A program made the translations under genes and the position numbers. The notes below the pieces were generated by a model. It was given only the letters and a program-made list of their open reading frames with translations, was not told the DNA's origin and did no database searches. Shown here in pieces: positions 38,301 to 53,755 of a DNA stretch of 64,000 nucleotides. Source of the DNA: Anthoceros angustus (lineage: Eukaryota; Plantae; Anthocerotophyta); the NCBI GenBank assembly GCA_010909165.1, contig VJWM01000221.1:186001-250000 (forward strand). The letters run 5' to 3'. Position 1 is the first letter of the stretch. Each line of letters begins with the position of its first letter.

Positions 38301-38835
38301 CTGCCTCAGAAAGCTTCCCCTGCTGACATAACATGCTCACAGTTCCAGCCGTTACGACGCCCATTCCCCATCCTGTACGCCTGCCAGGTTCAGGCTTATC
38401 TGGAGACCTGGACTTAGAAGGAGACGCACCATGACCCATCTGCATATCCAAAGAAACGAGCTGCACATCAACCCAAGCTGGCTTGAGCCTGCTGTTTAAC
38501 CACAGGACCTCGCCGGACCCCTTACGCCGGAAGTCGGGCGAACGGGAGCTCGTCTTATCTCGTCTGTTATCCCACCACACGGTAGGATCCAGAAAGAATT
38601 GTTGCCACAAGTGCTCCTGTTCCTGGCGACGACCGTCGCTGAAAAATCCTTCCCCATCCACAGATTTTGAGGGAAGTGGGAGTGCTGGGCTCCTTACACT
38701 GCTGCACCTGGAGCCTGGGTTGTTTGCCAGAGGTTGATTCCCTGAGGTGAGATGAGCTGGAGCTCCTGGTAGAATCCCTGTACACACACCAATTTGATGG
38801 GTCCACAACGGGTCCGGTTGCCATGCTGTGGCCAT
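35344..38835 (-). CDS. PLS-class PPR RNA-editing factor B: putative transit peptide, 1 OSB-type PDF motif, about 24 PPR motifs, E1-E2 and a complete DYW:KP (GRP)
   Basis: ORF 38835-37015 (MATAWQPD...) and ORF 36273-35344 ending KKPAVTTIE...CGHAEKLAL...CSDCH...SCSCKGRP*. The intervening 36273-37015 triplets carry small indels. Confidence 0.85.
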
Positions 38836-39147
38836 CGTTCAGGGACCGCTGTCCGAACATGGGTCTGACAACAGACTACGGCAGGATGCCCAGGAACTTG
38901 AATGCAATCAAGACTGTTAAGCATTGTTTGTACCACTATCAAGGAATCTCACGTAGAAAGACATTCCCATAACATATTCGAACCGCAGTGATCCAGTCCC
39001 TAGCATTCCAAGCTAACCAACCTCCCACGATCGAAACGACCTTCCCTAAAGGAACACACTTTGCAGGGAACTGAGTCATTTCTGCGTAAATCTCCCGCCC
39101 CTTGCAGGATTAGTCCATGATCATCGGGCACACGGGAGGGCGGCAAA
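38836..39147. promoter_or_regulatory. Probable bidirectional promoter (312 bp between divergent ATGs)
   Basis: Head-to-head PPR-B (ATG 38835, minus strand) and U11/U12-35K (ATG 39148, plus strand). Confidence 0.55.
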
Positions 39148-41142
39148 ATGGTGCAGGCCAGTCCGAATGCTGTCTTCTACGCGACGAACTACCACCCCAT
39201 CCAGGCTGGAAGTATCGATGGGACAGATATTGTTCCGCATGACAACGCTGTGCACCGTGCACTGATTGCCTCCACCACTGGGCTTTGTAGGTATTTGATT
39301 TCATGCTGCAGTGATACGAGGCAGTGACATGACCTGGTGGAGTTGGTTGTGTGGTACGATCCTAATGAGGAGAGTCATGCTGTCTTTTTTTCTTTCCTCG
39401 AACAGACGATCCAACAGGAGATGTCAAGGCGGAAGGGGATCCTTATTGTACAGTTTTTGTGGGGCGTCTGTCTGGCTCAACCAGTGAGAGCACACTACAT
39501 GAGGTTCGAGCCGGTGTACGGGCCTTGTGTGTATTTTTGTACCTTACGGCCAGGCCTTCAGAAAGGGTGGTATGGCTCAAGGCTGTTGGGAACTGAAAGG
39601 TTCTTCTGACTGGTGCAGGCCATGAGCAAGTATGGGCGAATCAGGAGACTCAGGATTGTGCGCAATATTGGTTGGTTCTTGCTGTGTTTGTTTGGTGGTT
39701 GTTGTGTACATTTTTCATGCTTACGTTTTGAGTTTGAGAGGAATTTTTGCAGTTTGTCTAGTGAGCGAGACCTCTTTCCATCAGGCAAGCAACTGCCCCT
39801 AGGTTTTCAGTTTTTTACACCATGTTCGACTACTTGCAGTGACTGGTGCTTCTGAAGGATATGCGTTTGTGGAGTATGAGAATGAGAAGGAGATGCTGAA
39901 GGCGTACGAGGTAAGTCTCTCCAGTCGCCGGCTGCCTGCCAAGTGCAATTTGTGCTGTTGTCTTTGGAGCCCTTGTGAGGACTTTGCTCTGTCTTCTTTA
40001 CAGGGTGCTCACATGAGCAGTGTTGATGGGCACACAGTTCTTGTTGACTACAACCGGCAGCAACTGATGCCTGGTTGGATCCCACGTCGATTCGGTGAGT
40101 ATATGGCTCTGCAGTTCAGAGGCGTGCAGCATTTGTGAGGGAGTGTGTAAGTTTTGAGTGATTCAATATTGTGCAGGTGGAGGATTTGGGGGCAGAAAAG
40201 AATCAGGACAGCTGCGGTTTGGGGGTCGAGAGCGCCCCTTTCGAGCTCCTTTGTACGTCATGGCCTGTTTTTTTTTTGTGCTGTGGACTGGAGAAGAGGG
40301 TCCAATAATTTTCAGTGACCCCGTGAAGGCTTTTAAGTTTCCATGCAAGTACCAATTGTGTAGGGCCGTGATCACTCGGTGTTACTATTGTCAATTTGTG
40401 CAGGCGTGCTATTCCACATGCAGAGTTGGAAAAGCTAGGCATTCCTTTGCCTCCGGAAGGCAATTATATGGCTCGATATCAGGTATTCGCAGTCAAGCTT
40501 CTCAGTGTAGTTGTTTAATTCTGTGACTTCCATTAAGCTAAATTGGTTTGAAGCTTGAGTGGAAACCTGAGCTTTTGGTGTGCATGTCCTCAGATCCCTG
40601 CGCCGCCCAGACGACCAGCACAAAAATTGGATGATCGTAAGCACAGGGGCTCCTATTCTCCAAATGTTCCCTCTGGCCAGGTATCAGACAATAGGTTCAG
40701 AGAACTAAAGCCATTCAGAAGAGGATCAGAGACATCCGCGGCAATGCCCTGGTCCCGTGATTCTCCTCCAGCTGAATACAGAAGAGGGCGAGATTCAGAG
40801 GTGGGCTTGCCAAGAGACTTGAGAGAGGGCGGCATCCACAGGGAAGGCACCAGGAGTTCAGATATGAGGAGAAGCTCTGGAAGGCAGCATGCAGGGGATC
40901 ATGGTAGATCATTTCCAGGGTCTAGTCAGCCTGAAGAGCAAGTACGGAGAGGTGAAGAACGTGATCATCAGGAACGCATTTCCGAAAAAGATAGACATAG
41001 GAGGTGGGATGGAGATGACAGAGCTCACAAGCAATCCAGAAAGCATTCAAGGCATCAGGAGGGATACAGATACAGCCAAAAATTGGACAGTGAAGATATT
41101 GAGCAGGACAGAGGCAGACCAAGGAAGAGGGACCACAAATAG
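39148..41142 (+). CDS. SNRNP35: U11/U12 small nuclear ribonucleoprotein 35 kDa protein (minor spliceosome RRM protein)
   Basis: N-terminal [40 protein letters not shown] (RNP2), [12 protein letters not shown] (RNP1), [35 protein letters not shown] and an R/D/E/S-rich tail. Multi-exon. Confidence 0.92.
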
Positions 41143-42399
41143 ACAGTATAGCTTGTCCTGACGTCTTATGAAACAAAACTTCTCTGGCAAGTGCAACCGT
41201 CAGTGTAACATCACCAAGAGTGGGTGTGTTGGATGCATGCATCAGGCATCACTTGTGAAGGCTGGAAGGAGTGAATCTGTTTTGGTCACTCGTTTACAAT
41301 TTCATGCTCTTAGTTGTCTATGTTCTGTCTGTTTGATGCCGAGGCATGTGGTCCTAGTTAGCAGTCAACTGTGCACCAACATAGTAGCTGTCGATGTTTC
41401 GTATGCCGACTGCATGACTACTGCAATTGGGGGGGCCTGAAAGGCTGCTGTGAAGAATGCGAGCGAAAAAATTGCCTTGCTGTACAAACGAGTTAGAACT
41501 GGGAGTTCTGTTGGGAATGCAGACTGACTTACCTTCATGTTTAATTGTGTGTGCAGTATGGAGTCCAAGATCCAGTGACTTTCAGGGCCACCTCCTCCGA
41601 GCGATGGAGTTGTTTCGCAACAACATGCAATTCTCACACTTCCTTTGCAGCTGGGAGCCTCGAGCCAGCAGGTGCATCCCTCCCGACAAAGCAATTTCCA
41701 AATTGCTTTTGTTTTTTTGGTTTGCTGAAATAATTTGCTTTTGTCACTGCCCAATGCTGAGAACGATCCAGGCTAAACACTAACCCAGTTTCGCGTAGTG
41801 GGAGTCCTTTGTCTTGCACTATGTGGAGCAACCAGGAGGATGGTTCTACCTGTCATGCAACATTGGCCTGCCCCCTAAGACCATGTGCATGTGTGGATAC
41901 CTGAACATTTTCTTTAGACTTCATCTAGATGGACGAATGATTTGGTCCTGCCACAGTAGCGGTTACTCTACAAGTGGTTCACGGTGAGGCAGCGAGAGAC
42001 TTGGATGGATTTTTCCTGACCTCAACCTATCATTGAAAGAGGGGAGGATATACCTTCAGGCAGTGCTGGGTATTTCTACAGGTAGTTAGGACATTTAAGC
42101 CTGCAAGCGACAAAGCTTGCAAGGGATGATAACGGACAGCCAAGAAGCTTGGAAGCATTCAAACTCTCCTCAGCAGAATGGAATGTTGAATGCAAAGCAT
42201 GTTGAATGAAGAAAGCCAAACTAGCTCGGGATGAGCACTTGCCATCTGATCCCCAGCCTGAATGGGAGCCTTGCTCAAAATGAGCGATGTATTCATAAGT
42301 TGAACCCCAACTTTGCCCAAGCTTTGCTCAGAATGGGCGATGTACTCGGATATTGAACAGATCGGTTATAAAATGAGATCCAGGATGGGTATGGACTGG

Positions 42400-43340
42400 G
42401 GCACTTGTTCATCCTCAATGTCTCTAACTTTGCATCATGCAAAGATCCACTCACAAAGCGTTTGCATATACTTATACGTGAAGTATATATACGTGTGCAC
42501 GGAATAGGTGGCCATGAATCTTCATTATGATCATTATATACTTCACGAAGTATATATACGTGTGCACGGAATAGGTGGCCATGAATCTTCATTATGATCA
42601 TTATATACTTCACGGAAAGGGAATATGTGGCCATGAATATTCATTATGATCATTATATACTTCACGGAATGAGATGGCCATGAATCTTCAATATGATCAT
42701 GTACGTAGTTGTATCCATAGTCTTGCACATAAACTTCTTCCCGTGACCCATTGTGTGCATAGGCGTGACCCATTGTGTGCATAGGCGTGACCCATTGTGT
42801 GCATAGGCGTGACCCATTGTGTGCATAGGCGTGACCCATTGTGTGCATAGGCGTGACCCATTGTGTGCATAGGCATCACTCCACGGTTGTCCATGGGTGG
42901 CTTATACATAAGTTGCACTTCATGGTTGTTCATTGGTGGTTTCTTCACATGTTGCACTCCATAGTTGTTCATCTGTAGTTTCTTCACATGTTGCACTCCA
43001 TAGCTGTTCATCGGTGGTTTCTTCACATGTTGCACTCCATAGTTATTCATCTATGGTTTCTTCACATGGTTATTCATCGGTAGTCTCTTCACATGTTGCA
43101 CTCCATAGTTGTTCATCTATGGTTTCTTCACATGATGCACTCCATAGTTGTTCATCTATGGTTTCTTCACATGGTGCACACCATGGTTATTCATCGGTAG
43201 TTTTTTCATAAGTTCGAGTCCATGGTTATTCATCGGTGGCTTCTTCAGGAATTTCGACTTCACTCCACTTCATTGCCTTGGTCATCGATGGCTTCTTCAG
43301 GAGTTTCGACTCCACTCCACTTCATTGCCTTGGTTATTGA
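42400..43340 (-). repeat. Inverted, diverged copy of the 30.5-31.6 kb repeat family with nested tandem arrays, including six perfect 22-bp units at 42742-42873
   Basis: Shares LHDAK.E.LRM.K, GAAGAAAC..C.GATGAACAAC.ATGGAGTGCAAC units and EE.Y.QD...WPSHS with 30537-31595. The 22-bp unit is CGTGACCCATTGTGTGCATAGG. Confidence 0.8.
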
Positions 43341-43439
43341 TTCACTTGACAATACATTGTCTATGGTTGGGTTCCATGTTGAAGCAAGGAAGACCATGGA
43401 TACTACATGAGGTTATGAAAAAAGGTAAGCAATCTCTTC

Positions 43440-44070
43440 GAGGTGGTGGAAAAAGTTTCTCGTGCGATGCGGAACATCTGGTTATTGGGTCGGGCCAGAA
43501 GCCAGGAACCTGCTCCTTTCTCCAAGCAAGAGTGGAGGCGAGCTCGAGTGGACTTGGGGGAATGGTGGAATCTTGGAGAAGGGCTAGCTACGCCTACCCA
43601 TAATGCTTCTCTAGGAGGGATGCTTAAAGCCTGCGTAGCCCAACCTCGGGGAGCAAGAAAAAATGATGCAAGGCGACCCTAGCCTTAGAGGACAAAGATC
43701 CCCTGGTCAACCTTAAGGACGCCTGCAAGGGGAAAACTCCCACCTCAACACCTGAGACGAAGGCCTCCACGGTGTGTGAATCCCATAATAAGATATGGGA
43801 GGCCAGAATGGGGGTAGAGAGGGCCCAGCTCAAGAAGAGAGCCGCCGGCATAGAGGCCTCCGTGGCCACACTGTGGTCACGCCTGCAGCCTCGCCGGATC
43901 CCGGCAGCACACTCGAAGGTGCCTGGGCCGACGATGTCGCCCAACGCCTGCATAATCTGTTTGTCAAAATACCTCATGCTAGATAAGAAAACCGGAGAGG
44001 GAAGAACTTTTCGGAGAAGATACCTTGGCCGGCGCGCATAGCAGAAAGAGAGGATCCCAAATGGCACTTT
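43440..44070 (-). mobile_element. Second degenerate CRE-like RLE non-LTR retrotransposon fragment
   Basis: LSSMRYFDKQIMQALGDIVGPGTFEC...SWALSTPILAS...RARLHSCLEKGAGSWLLARP is homologous to 32780-33900. Confidence 0.7.
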
Positions 44071-45039
44071 GTATCCAAAATTCGAAATGCTTTTGTTAGA
44101 GCGGCTTAATCTTTACTCTGAGATTTTGTCTCTTTTCCGGATCCAATTATTGCCAGAGTATGCTTGAAATGAATATGAGAATTCAGAACTCTCACTACAT
44201 CCAACTTTTCAACCTCCCAAATGTTTAACTATACTTGATACCACTAGTCTCTAGGCTAGATTCAAAATAGCGGTAAACCTTCCCTACTCTTTTCCGACCT
44301 AGTTTATGAGTCCCATGATAGAAATTCCCTCCTTGTCGAGTTGAATAACATTCTTCTTCTTTTTCTATAGACCTCTTACATCATGGACATATGTAGAGGA
44401 AATAATAATTAATAAATTTACTATAATATTTATTTTTAATTAGATAATAGTAAATTAATACAATCTACAAATATATCACAAATAATAATGACCCTCATCA
44501 AGGGATGGTTTGTAATAGTGCCAATCATGTTGCGGAATCTGCCAGCCACGATATCGTAACATGAAAAGAATACTGTTCAAGTACTTTGTACAAAAGAGGC
44601 TTTTTTATGACAAGCTATACAAAACAGGCTCTCTAAGAGTAAGCTGACGTATGCATGGAAAAATTGAACTCAATTGGTGTGATGCTCAATCCAAAGAATC
44701 TTCCATTGTATATTATATGAGAGACTGGTACATAGTTTTTGAGTTTAGACCGGGGCGGGAGGCGGCAACGGCGTTGGATATGTCGGTCCTGGAGGGATGG
44801 CGAAGGAAGTGGTGATAATGGCGTGGTGGCAGGAACATGAACATGTTTGGCGCCACCGATTCAAACCGCAACCCGCGCCACGGCGACCGGTCCGTTGGGG
44901 CACACTCAAAAAATGGGGCCGCCGCGCCCGGCCCCCGGCCTACATCTGCCTGCCCCTTCCGAGGGTCTGGGCGCGCCACTCGGGGCAGCGCTAGACCGGG
45001 CGGTGCGTCCCCTGTTCCATCCACCCATCGTCATCCAGT

Positions 45040-45922
45040 CCCCGCTTTTGCTGTTGCTGTTGCTGTTGCGGGGCGCGCCGGTTTCCCATGTGCCACACTC
45101 AAAGGCTTGCTTGGTTGCTTTTAGTATCATGCATCCCTCATACATCCGGGTACCCATGCATCCATCCACCCTTTTCGTTCGTCCTTTTGTCGTGCCTTGT
45201 TTGGGAAGTTGTGACTCCAGCCGGAGGCCGAGGCCGAGGCAGAGCTAGGCCTTCTTTCCGTCTTTCCTTCCTTGCTTCCTCCCTTTGGTTCCTGGCGACC
45301 CGTCCCGGTCCCGTCCTGTCCCTCCGCTGCTGCCTCTGACGGGGGGTCGCCTCCTCTCTCTCATTTGTCCGCCCTGCCTGCCTGCCGCGCCTGCGCCTGC
45401 GCCTGCGCCTGCGGCGCCCGGCTCGGCTCCCATTTTGTGATGAGACGGAAGCGGAGCAGCAGCAGCGGCCGCCCCTCGCTTCCCGCGCTCGCCTGAATTC
45501 TTTGCACCCCGGCAATGCGCCTGCGTCCATCGCCGCCGTGCGCGCCTGCGTCCGAGCCTCGGGTTGATGCCTTCTCCGCCTGCAGCGCTGCACAAATGGC
45601 TCTGCAGCAGGGGCGGGGGGACTGCGCCGGATCGCTGATCGGCTAGCGGACTGCACTGCACAGCACAGCACAGCGCAGCGCAGCGCAGCACCCGATCCGG
45701 CGCCTCCGGCACTTGCTATCCGGCTGCCGTTCTCCGCTGTGCTTGCTTGTTCCGAGAGTGAGTCTTTTGCTTTACGCCTGCCCCTGCTCCTGCTCCCGGT
45801 GTCCTCCTCCTCGTCAGAGTGATAGATCCTTCAGCGGGAAGAAGAATTGTGTTGTGTTGTGTTGTGTGCTGTGCTGTGCACGTGCCTGTCCTCCTGCTGC
45901 CGTGTCGCCGTCCCGGGTCTGA

Positions 45923-45953
<31 letters not shown>

Positions 45954-45960
45954 CGTGCCG
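45040..45960. repeat. GC-rich, microsatellite-rich upstream/5'UTR region of kinesin-13 (GCGCCT, CAGCA/CAGCG, TGTGT and GCCT runs)
   Basis: Simple repeats are directly visible. The many overlapping ORFs here are compositional. Confidence 0.6.
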
Positions 45961-46280
45961 TCGGTCCCGTCTGCCTGCCGAGCAGGAATGCGCGTCCATG
46001 CGTCGATCCGGGCCTGAGGCGTGCGCGCCAGCGCTTAGATCGGCGCCGGCCGGGGGTGTGGAAGGAGGGAGTGCGGGGAGGCGGAATTGACGAGGCCGGG
46101 GCGGTGTGGCGCGGGGCCGAATTCAGGACAGGGGATGCTGACATTGCTGCCGGAGGCCGAGGCCGCGCAGGGAGGGTTCCCGGGCTCTGCTGGCCTGCTA
46201 ACGGCATCTGCTGGCGCCGGATTTAGGGACCGGGTGCCAGGAGGGGAGGAGGACTCGGGTGCCTGAAGGTGAGCTATGCA

Positions 46281-50974
<4,694 letters not shown>

Positions 50975-52173
50975 ACGAACACCTTATTTTGTGTTTTATT
51001 TTTGATAAGGGCTACCAAATGAACAGCTCTGGTAAAGTTGTTGCTGCAATGTGTCCACAACTCTCGCAAAGGGGGTTGGTCTTGTCAAAGTTTTTTGAGA
51101 GTCCTCCTGGCATCAAAATGTGTGCAAGCGTTGTCGGGTCTACTTGTAGCTCTACTTGGAGTTGCTTGATTGAGATATTCGAGCTGTAATCGGAAAGGTA
51201 TCCTGCCATGCTTGTTTAAGACTGAAAGGCATTCCTGGGTGATGTCTACTGGGGCAGTCATATGCTGTTGATAATGTGCACGTTATCACGGCTTGACTTC
51301 CCTCCGACCTTCGTGAAGTTGCTATTATTCTTTGGTGACTGTTTCTAGAGAGATCTCACATTTGGAAGTCTCGATGTACATTGCCCCTTCTTTTTTGGCA
51401 ACATATTCATTGAATAACATGCAAGTGAAAATATCTTCTGTGATTTGGGAGAATCTGTCCTTCTATTGCCTTGTTGTCGCGTCGACATGGCTCCCGGAGC
51501 TATGAACAACTAAATGGTCACAGGTATGGGTATGTGTGCAGCTCTTCCCAAGTACTCCCCCAAGTTATCCCAAAAGAAGAGTGACCACCCCTACCTGTCT
51601 TAAGAGACCCCCGAAAGCCTATCTTAACGATCGCAGGAAGATATGGTACGACTTGCCCAATTATCTGCACTTTAATCAAGTTCCGCAGTGCTGCTAGGCC
51701 TGAGAGTAGACAGGACCATAAAGCTTCCCTTGGTTCAAGTCATATGTATCAGCTTGTGTTGGAGCTTTATCCACGGGCCTTCATTTTCAGGACTCCCTGA
51801 AATGAATGCGTCAAGCTTTAATAGAGATGGTTTTCGTGTAACTGGATATTTCTGTGCGTAAGACGTGCACGACGGTTTCGGCGGCCTGGTGGCTCGGATT
51901 GACGAACCCAAATGCTTCATGGCTTGCAAAGCAAATGTCGCAGTAGGGCCGGAGGAAACCAGGCAGCGAAATGTGAACCCCCATGTCCACAGCATCTTAA
52001 TTGGAAGCCCTACTTCAAAACTGGACTTACGTGAAGCTACCAGGAGTGACTTGAGACTCAGGAAGACATATCGTCGTTACCTGAAGGGGAGTATCACTGC
52101 TCACCACTGCAAGCACAAGAAAAACTACACCGCCTACCAAGCCAAAACTGTGTGACCCCCGAAGAGGATCAAG

Positions 52174-53755
52174 TTAATCTGCCTTCCGCCGAGACTGTTT
52201 GGATTTCGTGGGCTTGGGAGTTGTCAGATACTTGTGCACATAGAAGTTTCCGAAAAGGACCAGCAAGGAGATCATGTAGTAGAACAGAATCTGCATCTCA
52301 GCAATATGTAATGCCGTTGTCAGATAAGTAGAACGATAGCGGAAGTTATCAGTCATCGGTCCTCAACATCCAAAGCATTGCGAGAAGGAGAGCAAAGAGA
52401 TACACACCTGCAGCAAAAATTTGGGATATGGCGCTTCGATCACGTGGAGATCATACCAAGCTTGGATCATGTTTACGACAAATTGGGTCATCTGAAGCTG
52501 AGTGAGATACCTGAAAATTGAAAGAGGCGATTAGACTACCGAGCACTTTGCTTTAAAGCACAAGAAACAAAAACAAGTGAACTTACTTTCCCCAGAACAA
52601 GTACTTGCGCCGAGCCTTCTCGTTGTTTCGCAGAAGGGCAGAGACCATGTAATAAAAGTACATGAAAACGTGTACCCCCGAATTTAGTGCAGCGGAGAAA
52701 TATGCTGCCAAACAGACAAGCGAAACACTTTGTTTAGATCCTTCACATGACTAAAACAGCACTTGGTTATACTACGGCCAGTAAGACCTACCATCACCAC
52801 CGGGGGCGTGATGGGCAATAACCCACCAAATGACCGAAATGGAATAGTGATGGTAAACATGAAGCACTGTAATCTGGCGGACATTCCGCTTAAAAATCAT
52901 AATAATCTGCAGCACAACGGAAGCGAGCTTGTTCATCTGTCGTCCCTACTTCGAATTTAAATGCAGCCACAATCCATCAACGGTTGGCACATGGAAAACG
53001 TTCAGATCTGTAACAAGGTTGAAGGTTACCGTATCTGCGAACTCGATGTACTTCGACATATAGAAAAGATAGACGAGACGTGCCATCTGTCAGTTGAACA
53101 GGTCAGTCGATGGTCGGGACTACAGTCGAAAAACTACTAGGAGGCTCACTGTAAATGATCCAAGGACATTGCACTCTGGAGCATCATGCAAGCAGTGCTG
53201 TGATCCAAGGAGGGCATCCCTCCAGGTTTCAGAAAGCAATTCAAAGCCAGTAGAAGACTTACCGGGACTTCCTGTGGCTTGTACGGATTTCCCCAGAGAA
53301 GATATCTGTAGACGCCATAGCCAGCCATCAAGACTCAAATAGGCCAAAACGCTCGTCCCCATTTGCTTTCAGCCACCGGCGGAACACCAAAAGCTAGGGA
53401 AAGAAGTCACTCACTTATTTCTTACAGCCTCATACACAATGCCGACGCACATGTACAGGCTCAGGCCGAAGCAGAAGAGGTTGTGCACCAACACCCATCC
53501 CCTCAACAACAGAGGCTCGCTTGCCCTCGGTTTCAAACCCCGCGCCTTGATGTGCCAAAGGCCCAATAGCACAAACGAAATATACAGAGAAGATCCGACG
53601 ATCACAGGCACGGGGCTGTCGACTGCTGGCAATCCCTTGGTGGGAGCAGCAGGAGTGAGCTCCACACCGAATGCAGTTTGGAGACCCCATCGCACTGCTG
53701 GTGTCAGCACATCGTCCAAGACCTGGTAGGCAGAGTGGTACGCTTCAACGGCCAT
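52174..53755 (-). CDS. ELO-family polyunsaturated fatty acid elongase, delta-6 elongase type (PSE1/ELO1-like)
   Basis: TKGLPAVDSP, LVHNLFCFGLSLYMC, LFYMSKYIEFADT, the His box LHVYHH, HHAPGGD, ALNSGVHVFMY, YLTQLQM and LFGNFYV, spread over GT-AG exons. Confidence 0.9.

Noticed and set aside
39148-41142. U12-type intron or autoregulatory site in the U11/U12-35K gene
   Set aside because: No (G/A)TATCCTT donor was seen; the introns look like ordinary GT-AG.
41430-42300. Exon-like fragments downstream of U11/U12-35K
   Set aside because: They are interrupted by stops and have no recognisable family motif, so no call can be supported.
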